Positions 36,865 to 46,789 of a DNA stretch of 64,000 nucleotides are shown here, piece by piece. The notes beneath the pieces were generated by a model. The model saw nothing but the letters and a program-made list of their open reading frames with translations. It was not told where the DNA came from and did not search any database. The stretch covers positions 1,704 through 65,703 of the forward strand of contig CAYXHP010000022.1 in assembly GCA_964465015.1 (NCBI GenBank), in the 5' to 3' direction. The DNA is from an uncultured Gemmatimonadota bacterium (lineage in GTDB: Bacteria > Gemmatimonadota > Gemmatimonadetes > Palauibacterales > Palauibacteraceae). The position numbers and the translations under genes were made by a program. The first letter of the stretch is position 1. The number at the start of each line of letters is the position of its first letter.

Positions 36865-38514
36865 CTAGCGTCCCGCGGCGGGTGTCTCTCCAGGGCCCAT
36901 GGCCCGGGAGGACGCGTCTCCCCCGCGGCCGGTGACGGCGGCCAGGATGGCCTGTGCGCGGGTCCGGGCCGCCGGCGAGGCTGGCCCTCGAACTGCGAGC
37001 TCGGTTCGTCGCTCGAGGAGGTCGGCGATCGTGCATGCCATCTCGCACTCGGCGCCGTAGGCCAGTTGCGCGCCGAACACCGGAGAATCGACCTCGATCC
37101 TCTCCAGGAGCTCCGGCCGGTCGGCGGCGAGGGCCAGGACGTCCCGGAACCTTGCGCCGTGCGTATGGAGAAGGTGGGCGCGACAGTCGGTCGGCAGAAA
37201 GCCGACCTCCTCGTCGGCCTGCCGGGTCAGCTCGCTCCAAGACGAAAGCCGGCCACCCGGCAACGGGGTGTCGGCGGTTCGACACGGCGGGACGCTGTTC
37301 TCCAGGAAGCGAAACACGCGACCGACCGTCTCCTGGGCCACCCACCTCGCCGTGGTGAACTTGACCGGTAAGACCGAAAAGGCGCCCGGTGTGCCGGACG
37401 ACGCGTGGTCGGTGATGCGGTCATGGCGCAGCAGGCGCACCGGCTCGGTGGGTGCGGTGCGCAGCGCCGGCAGTAACCCGTGCTGCACCCCCAGTACCTG
37501 GTCGGATCGGATGCGAAGTCCGGTACCCGGCGCGTTCACTTCCTCCAGGAAGCGCTCCACGTAGAGAGCCGTGTCGAGGACGGCCGAAGGTGCCATCCGG
37601 TAGTGGGCCGTTCCGATGAGAGTTCGGCTTCGCCACGGCGCCACGAAGAGCCGGCGGGCACCCATGTGCACGACGGAGCCGGGGTCGGATGTCCTGCCAG
37701 CCACGGTGAAGGCGACATCGTGAACGGGGTGGTCGACCACCAGGTTGAGGGCCACCGACAGCGTCACATCCGGGCTGGCCCCGTCCAGGCCCCACTGACC
37801 GGCGAGGTGCAGCGCCTGCGCTCCCGTGGCGTTGACGAGCGATCTCGTATGTATGTCGAGCGCGCCGCCGGAGAGCAGGTCCGTACAGCGAACGCGCAGG
37901 CCGTCGCGGCTGGCCGTGATCGCCCGGGCTTCCACGTGGTTGGCGAGCGCGGCGCCGTCCTGCTCCGCCGCGCACACGATGTCGAGCACGAGGCGGGTGG
38001 GACTGTACATCTGGGCGTCGTGGAAGACCACGGCTCCGGTGAGGTCCGGGTCGTCGATCTCCGGGGCCCGTTCCAGGGCTTCCCGCCGTGAGAGAGCGTG
38101 GCCCGGCGGCAGGTGCCGGGCCGGGTCGAGTCCGCGATTCCGGTCCCGGCCCATTAGGTCGATCACGGCGAGGGCCGCACGAAGGAGAGGCCGGCGCGCC
38201 GCGCCCCTTCGATACGTGGGCACCAGGAAGGGGAGCGGTTCCACCAGGTGGGGCGCCACACGCAGCCACATCGAGCGCTCGCGTATGGAGCGTCGCGCGC
38301 CGAGCAGCTCCAACCGCTGGAGATAGCGAAGGCCGCCGTGAATCGTCCGAAAGCACTGCGCCGATGCGCCCGCTCCGAAGTCCGCCCGTTCTACGAGACC
38401 CACCCGGAGACCGCGCTGTGCCGCGTCGCGAGCGACCCACGCTCCGGTCACCCCTCCACCGATCACCAGAAGGTCCAGCAGGTCGTCCGACAGTCCGGTG
38501 AGGTCTCGTATCAT
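36865..38514 (-). CDS. FAD-dependent glycerol-3-phosphate dehydrogenase-like oxidoreductase (GlpD/DAO family).
   Basis: N-terminal LVIGGGVTGAWVARDAAQRGLRVGLVE ... FGAGASAQCFRTIHGGLRYL dinucleotide-binding and GlpD-like blocks. Convergent with the DUF5989 gene. Confidence 0.75.
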   Translation of the reverse strand: MIRDLTGLSDDLLDLLVIGGGVTGAWVARDAAQRGLRVGLVERADFGAGASAQCFRTIHGGLRYLQRLELLGARRSIRERSMWLRVAPHLVEPLPFLVPTYRRGAARRPLLRAALAVIDLMGRDRNRGLDPARHLPPGHALSRREALERAPEIDDPDLTGAVVFHDAQMYSPTRLVLDIVCAAEQDGAALANHVEARAITASRDGLRVRCTDLLSGGALDIHTRSLVNATGAQALHLAGQWGLDGASPDVTLSVALNLVVDHPVHDVAFTVAGRTSDPGSVVHMGARRLFVAPWRSRTLIGTAHYRMAPSAVLDTALYVERFLEEVNAPGTGLRIRSDQVLGVQHGLLPALRTAPTEPVRLLRHDRITDHASSGTPGAFSVLPVKFTTARWVAQETVGRVFRFLENSVPPCRTADTPLPGGRLSSWSELTRQADEEVGFLPTDCRAHLLHTHGARFRDVLALAADRPELLERIEVDSPVFGAQLAYGAECEMACTIADLLERRTELAVRGPASPAARTRAQAILAAVTGRGGDASSRAMGPGETPAAGR

Positions 38515-38827
38515 GTGAACCTCCTGCCGCAGGACCTGAACCAGAGCCGCGATTCGGTCCGCTCAGGGTGGACGCCGGTGGGGAGGTGCTGACGCTTCGA
38601 TGGCCGACACCATTCTAACCCATGGCGAGAGCAGGCACCGGATGGGCCACCCGTGAGATCCGCCTGGCCGATGGGTGCGACACGAGGCTGCCGATGCTCC
38701 CGCCATTCCCCGGAAGGACGGGCCGATGTAGGATGCATGCAACGGTCGGAGACGGCCACAGATGTCCCTGGACTCCACAAACCCCTGGGACCGGGTACGA
38801 TGCGGCGCCGGCCGCGAGGGCCGAGCG

Positions 38828-38843
38828 CGGCACGACCATTGCC
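38828..38843 (+). promoter_or_regulatory. Candidate sigma-54 -24/-12 promoter immediately upstream of the GT2 operon.
   Basis: cGGCACGaccaTTGCc: near-perfect TGGCACG-N4-TTGC with correct spacing, inside the 340-bp divergent gap. The predicted TSS falls only a few nt ahead of ATG 38857 (leaderless-like), which lowers confidence. Confidence 0.4.
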
Positions 38844-38856
38844 CTCGAGAGGTGCC

Positions 38857-39813
38857 ATGACCCGCGCCCCGAGAATCTCCGTCGTCGTGCCTCTCTTCAA
38901 CGAAGAGGCCTCCGCCCCTCACCTGATCGAGGCCGTCCGCGAGGCACTCGTGACCGGTGACGAGTGGGAGCTACTCCTCGTCGACGATGGAAGCCGGGAC
39001 CGAACAGTGGAGGTCGTCCGCGCCGAAGCCCGCAAGGACCCGAGGATCCGCCTGTTGCGCCTGGCGAGGAACTACGGCCAGACGGCCGCCATGCAGGCGG
39101 GGTTCGACCATGCTCGGGGCGACGTCGTGGTGAGCATGGATGGAGATCTGCAGAACGATCCCCGGGACATCCCCCGGCTGGTACGCGAGCTGGAGCGAGG
39201 CTACGACCTCGTAGCCGGCTATCGCGAGCATCGAAAGGACCGACTTCTGTCCCGCAAACTGCCGTCCTGGGTGGCGAATCGCCTGATCCGCTGGGTGACG
39301 GGGGTACCGATCCGTGACAATGGCTGCTCTCTCAAGGCCTACCGCAGAGCGCTCCTGGGGAGGGTCCGCCTCTATTCGGAGATGCACCGATTCATCCCGG
39401 CCGTCTCGGCCGGGATGGCGGGCGCGAGGATCACCGAGGTGCCGGTACGGCATCACGCGCGGCGCTACGGCGAGAGCAAGTACGGGCTCGCGCGCACCTG
39501 GCGCGTTCTCGCCGACCTGGTCACGATCACGATGATCCGCTGGTTCCGGCAGCGGCCGCTGGCGCTGTTCGGATGGGCCGCGGCCGGATCGCTTCTTCTC
39601 TCCTTCTTCCTGGGGATCGGCAGTGTGGTCGCCATGATGCGGTTCGGTTCGACCAAGTCCGTGGCCCTGGTACTTCCCGGCGCCGCGTTTCTGTTCCTCG
39701 GCCAGGCCGTCTATTTTCTCATGCTCGGTCTCATCGGGGAGGAGGTCGTGCGCGTCCACGCCGGGGAGACCGCAGCCACGATCCTCGGCCACCAGATGGG
39801 AGGCGGGTCGTGA
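38857..39813 (+). CDS. Family 2 glycosyltransferase (polyprenyl-phosphate sugar transferase-like, GtrB/ArnC/DPM1 type) with C-terminal TM helices.
   Basis: RBS GAGAGGTG then ATG. ISVVVPLFNE ... LLLVDDGSRD ... VSMDGDLQND (DxD). Two C-terminal TMs. Confidence 0.85.
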   Translation: MTRAPRISVVVPLFNEEASAPHLIEAVREALVTGDEWELLLVDDGSRDRTVEVVRAEARKDPRIRLLRLARNYGQTAAMQAGFDHARGDVVVSMDGDLQNDPRDIPRLVRELERGYDLVAGYREHRKDRLLSRKLPSWVANRLIRWVTGVPIRDNGCSLKAYRRALLGRVRLYSEMHRFIPAVSAGMAGARITEVPVRHHARRYGESKYGLARTWRVLADLVTITMIRWFRQRPLALFGWAAAGSLLLSFFLGIGSVVAMMRFGSTKSVALVLPGAAFLFLGQAVYFLMLGLIGEEVVRVHAGETAATILGHQMGGGS

Positions 39814-39851
39814 TCCCGGGACAGAGTCTACGCCGGCGCGAGGTCCGGGGG

Positions 39852-40835
39852 ATGAGGGAAGAGCCCGCGATGCCCGCTCCAGATTCAGCCGGTCCGACCA
39901 TCTCCGTGTCGGTCATCGTGCCGATCACGGAACGTCCAGCGGAGCTCTGCGCACTCTACCGGGAGTACTCCGCGGTACTGGCCGCCTCGGACCGCGCCTT
40001 CGAGTTCGTGTTCGTGGTCGAGCCGTGGAACCGCGAGCTCACAGCCGGCCTGACGGCACTCCGGAGGGAGGGCCAGCCGATCGAGGTGATCGAGGCCGGG
40101 CAGACCGTCGGAGAGGCGTCTCTCATGAGACTGGGCGCCGAGCACGCCCGAGGGGACATCCTGGTGACGCTTCCCGCCTACTATCGCATCGAGGCCTCGG
40201 CGCTCCCCGGGCTCATCCGCGAGGTCGAGGCGGGCGCGGATCTGGTGGTCGCCCGCCGTTGGCCCCGGCGGGACTCGTGGGTCAACCGGATGCAGACCGC
40301 GGCGTTCCACGCCCTCCTGAGGGGCGTGGGCCGTGGCCGGTTCGACGACGTGGCGTGTGGCGTACGCGCGATGCGACGAGAGGTCGTGGACACCGTACCC
40401 CTGTATGGCGACTTTTACCGCTTCTTTCCGCTCCTCGTCCAGCAGGAGGGATTTCAGGTGCGTCAGGTGGACGCGCCCCAGCACCCGCTCGACCAGCGGA
40501 CGCGGGTGTACGGCCCCGGGGTGTACGTCCGCCGGCTCATCGACCTGCTCGGCGTCTACTTCCTGCTCCGGTTCAGTCACAAGCCGCTGCGCTTCTTCGG
40601 ACTCGTGGGGAGTGTCCTCTCCGGTGTGGGGGGCGGGATCCTCCTGGTCGTGCTGGCGCAGCGACTCGGTGGACAGGGGATCGCCGATCGGCCACTCCTC
40701 CTCCTGGGCGTGCTGCTGTTCACGCTGGGCTTCCAGGCCATCGCGCTCGGGCTCGTGGGTGAGATCATCGTCCACCTGAGCGCGTCCAGCGCCCGGATGT
40801 ACCGACTCCGAGACGAGGAAGACGGCCCGTCGTGA
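39852..40835 (+). CDS. GT2-like protein paralogous to the preceding gene; DxD motifs look degenerate, so possibly non-catalytic.
   Basis: ISVSVIVPITERP ... C-terminal TMs (LVGSVLSGVGGGILLVVL). Collinear with 38857..39813, but the DDGS/DGD positions are replaced. Start candidates are GTG 39810 (GTGA overlap), ATG 39852 and ATG 39870. Confidence 0.6.
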   Translation: MREEPAMPAPDSAGPTISVSVIVPITERPAELCALYREYSAVLAASDRAFEFVFVVEPWNRELTAGLTALRREGQPIEVIEAGQTVGEASLMRLGAEHARGDILVTLPAYYRIEASALPGLIREVEAGADLVVARRWPRRDSWVNRMQTAAFHALLRGVGRGRFDDVACGVRAMRREVVDTVPLYGDFYRFFPLLVQQEGFQVRQVDAPQHPLDQRTRVYGPGVYVRRLIDLLGVYFLLRFSHKPLRFFGLVGSVLSGVGGGILLVVLAQRLGGQGIADRPLLLLGVLLFTLGFQAIALGLVGEIIVHLSASSARMYRLRDEEDGPS

Positions 40836-41746
40836 ACGACGGTGCTTCCCGTTCCGCGCACCGGCGCCACATCTTCACCGTGGACCTGGAGGAGTACTTC
40901 CAGGTGCACGTCTTCGAGGACATCATCCAGCGGGCCGAGTGGGGCGTGTTTCCGAGCCGGGTCGAGCGGGCCACGGACAAGCTTCTCGAGCTCCTGGACG
41001 ATCACGGCGGGCGGGCCACCTTCTTCGTCCTCGGCTGGATCGCCGAGCGTCATCCCAACCTCATCCGGCGCATCGATGCGTTGGGACACGAGATCGCCTC
41101 ACACGGTTGGTGGCATCGGCGGGTGACGGACCTGGGACCCGAGTTGTTTCGAGAGGACGCGGGCGACGCCAAGGCGATCCTGGAGGACATCGTCGGGAAG
41201 CCCGTGGTCGGGTTTCGCGCCCCCAGCTTCTCCCTCGTTCCGGGAACCGAGTGGGTGTTCGATGCTCTCGCCGAGCTGGGCTACCAGTACGACTCCAGCA
41301 TCTTCCCCATCCGGCGCTCGGGTTACGGTTACCCCGGCGCGCCCACCCAGCCGCACATCGTGAGCGGGTCGTCGGGCTCCCTGCTCGAGCTGCCGCTGAC
41401 GACCCTGGGCTGGTCCGTCGCCCGCCTTCCGGCGGCCGGCGGGGCCTACTTCCGGCACCTGCCGTACGGGTGGACCCGCAAGGCGCTCGAGCAGATGCAG
41501 GCGCAGGGCGTCTCCGCCGTGTTCTACATCCACCCGTGGGAGCTGGACCCGCACCAGCCCCGTATCCCGGTCTCGCCCATGGCGCGCATGCGCCACTACC
41601 GCGGCATCGAGCACACGCCCCGGCGCCTGGCGCGGCTCCTGTCCGAGTTCTCCTTCACCTCGGTCGCCGACCACTACGGGCTCCAGGGCACCACCGCCAC
41701 GTCCGCCAACCTGGAGGACCTCCCGAAGGTCGACCGTGTCACCTGA
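40832..41746 (+). CDS. Polysaccharide deacetylase family protein of the XrtA/PEP-CTERM-associated type.
   Basis: GTG 40832 overlaps the upstream stop (GTGA). HIFTVDLEEYFQ ... RATFFVLGWIAERHP ... GHEIASHGWWH, a NodB-like fold with a DUF3473-like C-terminus. Confidence 0.75.
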   Translation: MNDGASRSAHRRHIFTVDLEEYFQVHVFEDIIQRAEWGVFPSRVERATDKLLELLDDHGGRATFFVLGWIAERHPNLIRRIDALGHEIASHGWWHRRVTDLGPELFREDAGDAKAILEDIVGKPVVGFRAPSFSLVPGTEWVFDALAELGYQYDSSIFPIRRSGYGYPGAPTQPHIVSGSSGSLLELPLTTLGWSVARLPAAGGAYFRHLPYGWTRKALEQMQAQGVSAVFYIHPWELDPHQPRIPVSPMARMRHYRGIEHTPRRLARLLSEFSFTSVADHYGLQGTTATSANLEDLPKVDRVT

Positions 41747-42809
41747 GGTCCGCGAGTACTCCGGATCCGCGGGGGAGTGGGATGCTTTCGTGCGAGAGAG
41801 CGCCGCATGGACGCACTTCCACCAGTACGGTTGGAAGCGCATCATCGAGCACGTGTTCGGGCACGAGTGCCTCTACCTGTGCGTGCGAGGCGATGAAGGT
41901 GAGGGAGCTCGAGGGGCGGGCCAGGAAGCGCCGGGAGGGGGAGGCGGGCTCCGTGGCATCCTACCGCTTGTCCGGGTGCGGAGCCCCGTGTTCGGGCACT
42001 ACCTGGTGTCGATGCCGTTCCTGAACTACGGCGGTCCGCTGGGGGACGCTGAGGCCGTACGGGCCCTGGCGGAGGCCGCCCTCGCGCGGTCTCGGGCCGA
42101 CGGCGCCGACCTTCTGGAGCTCCGGAGCCGCACGGAGCTTCCGGTGGATCTCCCGGTCTCACATCGCAAGGTCACGGTGCTGCTGGACCTGCCGGAGGAC
42201 GACGCGGAGATCCTGTGGGACGCGCTCAAGTCGAAGGTGCGGAGCCAGGTGCGCCGCCCTCGCAAGGAGGGCGTCACCATACGGTTCGGCGCCGACCAGG
42301 TGGAGCCCTTCCACCAGGTGTTCGCCGAGCACATGCGGGACCTGGGAACGCCGGCGCAGGGTCTCGAGCTCTTCCGCGCCATCGCCCGGGAGTTCCCGGA
42401 CTCGGCCGTGTTCGGATGCGCTTACCTGGACGGCCGGCCGGTGGCGTGCGGCTGCGGCTTCGAGTGGAACGGCGAGTTCGAGATCACGTGGGCCTCGGCG
42501 CTCCGCGAGTACAGCAGGATCGCCCCGAACATGCTCCTGTACTGGTCGTTCATGGAGCGCGCCATCGAGCGCGGGCTCGGGCTGTTCAACTTCGGGCGCT
42601 GCACGCCGGGGAGCGGTACGCACCGCTTCAAGCAGCAGTGGGGCACCCGGGACGAGACGCTGTGGTGGTACCAGGATGGACGCGGGGAGACCGAAGCGAC
42701 CCCCTCGCCGGACGAGGGGCTGTACGCGTGGGGCGTCAAGGTCTGGCAGCGGCTCCCGGTTCCGGTCGCCACGGCGCTCGGGCCGCGGATCGTGAAGTAC
42801 ATTCCCTAG
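41736..42809 (+). CDS. FemAB-like/GNAT acyltransferase (exosortase-system-associated type).
   Basis: GTG 41736 overlaps the upstream gene by 11 nt. C-terminal LLYWSFMERAIERGLGLFNFGRCTPGSGTHRFKQQWG is characteristic of the FemAB/CelD-like acetyltransferase family. Confidence 0.7.
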   Translation: MSPEVREYSGSAGEWDAFVRESAAWTHFHQYGWKRIIEHVFGHECLYLCVRGDEGEGARGAGQEAPGGGGGLRGILPLVRVRSPVFGHYLVSMPFLNYGGPLGDAEAVRALAEAALARSRADGADLLELRSRTELPVDLPVSHRKVTVLLDLPEDDAEILWDALKSKVRSQVRRPRKEGVTIRFGADQVEPFHQVFAEHMRDLGTPAQGLELFRAIAREFPDSAVFGCAYLDGRPVACGCGFEWNGEFEITWASALREYSRIAPNMLLYWSFMERAIERGLGLFNFGRCTPGSGTHRFKQQWGTRDETLWWYQDGRGETEATPSPDEGLYAWGVKVWQRLPVPVATALGPRIVKYIP

Positions 42810-42861
42810 CGCCGCAGATGCGTCCGCCGGCCGCCCCCCCTCCGGTCCCGACCCGCCGCTG

Positions 42862-44145
42862 ATGTCCTTTCGGCGGCAGCTCCCGGTCCGCTCTCCCGTG
42901 ACAGGGCGGGGGCTACTGGCGGGACTCGCCGGACTGGGAGGGGGAGCCGCCGCTGCGGTGCAGGCGGCCGAGGAAGCCGTCCGCACGCGCTGGAGCCCGG
43001 ACGCGCTGGCTCTCGTGGACAGCGGCACCTCGGCGCTCGCTCTCGCCCTCCGCGGAGCGGCCACCCTCCGGGAGGCGGCCGGCGTTCCCGAGCCCCTGGT
43101 CGCGCTCCCCGCCTACGGTTGCTACGACCTGGCCACCGCGGCGCTGGCCGCCGGGGTACGCGCCGTACTCTACGACGTGGATCCCGGCACGCTCGCCCCC
43201 GTCGTGGCGAGCCTCGAGGCGGCGCTCGAGCGAGAGCCCGCGGCCGTGGTCCTCGCCTACCTGTACGGTTATCCCATCGACGTGGCCGGCCTCGGCGAGC
43301 GGATCCGCTCGGCCGGCGCTCTGGTGGTGGAGGACGCGGCGCAGGGGTCCGGCCTCCGGATCGGGGACCGGCCGGCCGGGACGCTCGGGGACCTCGCGGT
43401 CCTGAGCTTCGGGAGGGGGAAGGGCATCGCCGCGGGGGGAGGCGGAGCGGTCCTGGCCCGGGGGGAGAGGGCCGTCGGGGCGCTGGAGGCCTCCGGCGCC
43501 GCGCGCGTCCACCCTCCTGCACGCGGCTGGGGCGCCGCCGCATCGTTCGCCGCCCAGTGGACGCTCGCGCGGCCGGCCGCCTACGGTATCCCCGCCTCGC
43601 TGCCGTTCCTGGGCCTCGGCGAGACACGCTTCCACCAGCCGTGGTCGCCCGGTCCGATCACCGGCTTCTCGGCCGCCGTCATCCCGGTGGCGCTGGAGCT
43701 CGAGGCGGCCGAAGTGCGGGGCCGGCGGGCGCGGGCGGAGCGGCTGCTGGAGTGGATGGAGGGCCGGGTTCGGTCGCGAGGGCGGCATCCGGAAGGGTTC
43801 GGGGCTCCGCGTTCCGCCATTTCCGCGGAGCCCGGGTACCTCCGGCTCCCGGTGCTGGTCTCCCCGGCCCTCCGCCTCCGGTTCGACTCGGACGCCGCCC
43901 GCCGGCTGGGGGTCATGCCGGGCTACCCCGAGTCCCTGGACCGCCTGAACGGCTTCGGCGAGCGGTGCCTGGTCGTTCGCGGCGGGTGCCCGGGCGCCCG
44001 CCGACTGGCGGCGGAGCTGTTCACGCTGCCCACGCATGGGAAGGTGAGCGCGCGGGACGAGGCGGCGCTCGTAGCGTGGCTCGAGGCGGCCGGCCCCGGA
44101 CCCGCGAGTTCCGGGGACGACGATTCGGGCGAGGTCGGCACGTGA
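42862..44145 (+). CDS. DegT/DnrJ/EryC1/StrS-family PLP-dependent aminotransferase.
   Basis: ALVDSGTSALALALRG ... VLYDVDPGTL ... VVEDAAQGSG ... SFGRGKGIAAGGGGAV (the Lys in FGRGK is the PLP site). The N-terminal ~35 aa are low-complexity, so the start is uncertain. Confidence 0.65.
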   Translation: MSFRRQLPVRSPVTGRGLLAGLAGLGGGAAAAVQAAEEAVRTRWSPDALALVDSGTSALALALRGAATLREAAGVPEPLVALPAYGCYDLATAALAAGVRAVLYDVDPGTLAPVVASLEAALEREPAAVVLAYLYGYPIDVAGLGERIRSAGALVVEDAAQGSGLRIGDRPAGTLGDLAVLSFGRGKGIAAGGGGAVLARGERAVGALEASGAARVHPPARGWGAAASFAAQWTLARPAAYGIPASLPFLGLGETRFHQPWSPGPITGFSAAVIPVALELEAAEVRGRRARAERLLEWMEGRVRSRGRHPEGFGAPRSAISAEPGYLRLPVLVSPALRLRFDSDAARRLGVMPGYPESLDRLNGFGERCLVVRGGCPGARRLAAELFTLPTHGKVSARDEAALVAWLEAAGPGPASSGDDDSGEVGT

Positions 44146-45368
44146 GGCCGCGGCGGGCTCTGGTGACATGCGGGGAGCAGCGCTCCTCCCTCGCCGCGGT
44201 GCGGTCGCTCGGACGGGCCGGCCATGAGGTTCATGTGGTCTCGGAGCTCGGGCGCTCGCTGGCCGGCGCGTCGCGGTTCGCGAGGGAGGACGTGCGCGTC
44301 CCCTCGCCGCTCTCCGAGCCCGCCGCCTATGCCGACGCGGTGGGCAGGGCGATCGAGCGAGCACGGATCGACGTCCTCCTCCCCATGACCGATCCCGCGC
44401 TACTCGCCCTCCTCCCCGAGCGCGGCCGCTGGCCGGACACCGCCGTGCCGTTCCCGGACGCCGAGATCTACCGGCGGGTGTCGGACAAGGGCGCGCTCCT
44501 GGAGCGAGCCGCCTCCCTGGGACTGGCCGTTCCCGACGAGGTCCGGATCGACCGGCCCGAGACGGCGGCCGAGGTCGCGGGGGAGGCCGCCGCGGGCGCG
44601 CTCTCTTTCCCGGTTGTGCTCAAGCCGTCCCGGTCCGTGGTCGGGGGAGCGGGGCAGACGCGCCGGAAGACCGGCGTGGCCTATGCCCTCGACGCCGATG
44701 ACCTGCGGCGCCGCCTGTCCGAGCTGCCCTCCGAGGCGTTTCCGGTCCTCCTGCAGCGCCACGTGTCGGGGCCCGGTGTGGGCGTCTTCCTCCTCCTGTG
44801 GGACGGGGAGCTCCGGGCCGCGTTCGCGCACCGCCGGATCCGCGAGAAGCCTCCCTCCGGGGGCGTGAGCGTCTACCGCGAGAGCATCGCGCTCGAGGCG
44901 GACCTCCTGGCCCGGTCCAGAGAGCTCCTGGAGTCCTTCGAGTGGTGCGGCGTGGCCATGGTCGAGTACAAGCTCGACCGGGAGTCGGGGACGCCGTACG
45001 TGATGGAGGTGAACGGGCGCTTCTGGGGCTCGCTCCAACTGGCCATCGACGCCGGAGTCGACTTCCCGGCGCGTCTGGTGGAGCTGGCCTGCGGAGAGGC
45101 GCCGCCGCGCGGCGAGGGAGTCCATCCGACCTACCGATTGGGCGTGCGGAGCCGGTGGTGGTGGGGCGAGGTGGACCATTTCCTGGCGCGCGTCCGGGGC
45201 GGGAGGCGAGAGGACGCCCCACCGCTCGACGTGCAGCTGGGTGGCCGGGGCAGGGCGCTGGTCGACCTCCTCACGCCCTGGCACCGGGGCGACCGCTGGG
45301 AGGTCCTGCGGGCGAGCGACCTTCGTCCCTTCCTCCGGGAGACGTCCGACTGGGTTCGGGGAAGGTGA
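44142..45368 (+). CDS. ATP-grasp domain protein.
   Basis: GTG 44142 overlaps the upstream stop (GTGA). PVVLKPSRSVVGGAG ... VLLQRHVSGPGVGVFLL ... MVEYKLD ... VMEVNGRFWGS, a typical ATP-grasp fold. The first 340 codons of ORF 43119.. were rejected. Confidence 0.75.
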   Translation: MRPRRALVTCGEQRSSLAAVRSLGRAGHEVHVVSELGRSLAGASRFAREDVRVPSPLSEPAAYADAVGRAIERARIDVLLPMTDPALLALLPERGRWPDTAVPFPDAEIYRRVSDKGALLERAASLGLAVPDEVRIDRPETAAEVAGEAAAGALSFPVVLKPSRSVVGGAGQTRRKTGVAYALDADDLRRRLSELPSEAFPVLLQRHVSGPGVGVFLLLWDGELRAAFAHRRIREKPPSGGVSVYRESIALEADLLARSRELLESFEWCGVAMVEYKLDRESGTPYVMEVNGRFWGSLQLAIDAGVDFPARLVELACGEAPPRGEGVHPTYRLGVRSRWWWGEVDHFLARVRGGRREDAPPLDVQLGGRGRALVDLLTPWHRGDRWEVLRASDLRPFLRETSDWVRGR

Positions 45369-45615
45369 GCGAGCCGCGCCGTCAGGACGACCTCGGGCCG
45401 GTCTCGCCGGGTCCGGTTCCCGGCCGGCCGCCCCGCGCGCGTCCGGACCCCCGACCTGTCGCGCGAGTCCTACATGTGAGAAGGGCGGCGTCCCCGGAGC
45501 GCAGCTCGTTCTGTACAGGTAACACACGATATCGCAACACCTTGTATGCTGCGCACATTCGTCGTTTCGCGGCGTACCCATCTTGCACTCCCACGCGGAA
45601 CATGAGGCGAGGTCC

Positions 45616-46731
45616 ATGACCGGGCCGCCCCGGACCATCGCCCTCCTGCTCGAGTCCGACGGCCCCGGCGGCGCCGAGCAGATGCTGCTGGACCTGGCCA
45701 TCGAGCTCCGGGGGCGGGGATACGACGTGTGCCCGGTCGGGCCCGATGTCGGCTATGGCTGGCTGCCGGAGCGGCTGCGGGAGGCGGGCTTCGAGCCCGA
45801 GTTCTTCCACCTTCGCCGGCCGGTGGATCCGGCCTGCGCGCTGGGCCTGGCGCGGATCCTTCGCGGGCGGGGCGTGGATGTGCTCCACAGTCACGAGTTC
45901 ACGATGGGGGTCTACGGTGCGGCGGCCGGGGCGCTGATCGGCCGGCCTCAGATTCTCACGATGCACGGGGGGACACGGTGGGCGGGGGCCCGGCGCCGCA
46001 GGATCGCGCTCCGCTGGGCCGCGCGCCGCAGTAGCCGACTCGTGGCGGTCTCGGAGTCGACCGCTCGCTTCCTGGAGGAGCATCTGGATCTCCCGGAGGG
46101 TGCGGTGCTGACCGTCGTGAACGGCGTGCCCGAGCGTAAAGGCTCGGCCGAGCCCGTGCGCCGGGAGCTGCACCTGGGCGAGGACGAGCGACTGGTCCTG
46201 TCGGTCGGCAACCTCTATCCGGTGAAGGGCCACGACGTGCTGGTGCGGGCCGCGGCCGAGCTGGCTCGCCGACGCCCGGAGCTCCGGTGGCGGGTGGCCG
46301 TGGCTGGACGCGGGGAGGAGGAGGACGAGCTGCAGAGCCTGGCGGCGGAGCTCGGCATCGCCGGGCGGCTCGAGCTGCTGGGCTACCGCGCCGACGTGGC
46401 CGATCTTCTGGCCGCCGCCGACGTGTTCGTGCTCCCGTCCCGCTCCGAGGGGCTGCCGTTGGCGCTTCTCGAGGCGATGTTCGCCGGGCTGCCGATCGTG
46501 GCCTCGAACGTGGGTGGGATCCCGGAGGTGGTGGAGGACGGAGAGGAGGCGCTCCTGGTGCCGGTCGAGGATGCCGGCGCCCTGGCGGGAGCGCTGGAGC
46601 GACTGCTGACGGACGTCGAGCTGGCCCGTGACCTGTCGGACCGCGCCCGGCGTCGGGCCCGGAAGGACTACAGCGTCTCGGCCATGGCCGGCCGGTACGT
46701 ACAGTTGTATCGGGAGGCCGTGGCAGGATAG
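45616..46731 (+). CDS. Family 4 glycosyltransferase.
   Basis: RBS GAGGCGAGG then ATG 45616 (MTGPPRTIALLLESDGPGG). C-terminal GT4 block VLPSRSEGLPLALLEAMFAGLPIVASNVGGIPEVV. A 250-bp AT-richer gap lies upstream. Confidence 0.8.
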   Translation: MTGPPRTIALLLESDGPGGAEQMLLDLAIELRGRGYDVCPVGPDVGYGWLPERLREAGFEPEFFHLRRPVDPACALGLARILRGRGVDVLHSHEFTMGVYGAAAGALIGRPQILTMHGGTRWAGARRRRIALRWAARRSSRLVAVSESTARFLEEHLDLPEGAVLTVVNGVPERKGSAEPVRRELHLGEDERLVLSVGNLYPVKGHDVLVRAAAELARRRPELRWRVAVAGRGEEEDELQSLAAELGIAGRLELLGYRADVADLLAAADVFVLPSRSEGLPLALLEAMFAGLPIVASNVGGIPEVVEDGEEALLVPVEDAGALAGALERLLTDVELARDLSDRARRRARKDYSVSAMAGRYVQLYREAVAG

Positions 46732-46789
46732 AGGGGGCGCCGGCGGCGCCCTCGCGACACGAATGCCACCCGCCGCGCAGGGAGGCGAC

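Noticed and set aside
36886-36898. Palindrome GGGCCCATGGCCC between convergent genes, considered as a bidirectional terminator.
   Set aside because: It lies inside the 3' coding region of the glpD-like gene and has only a 5-bp stem.
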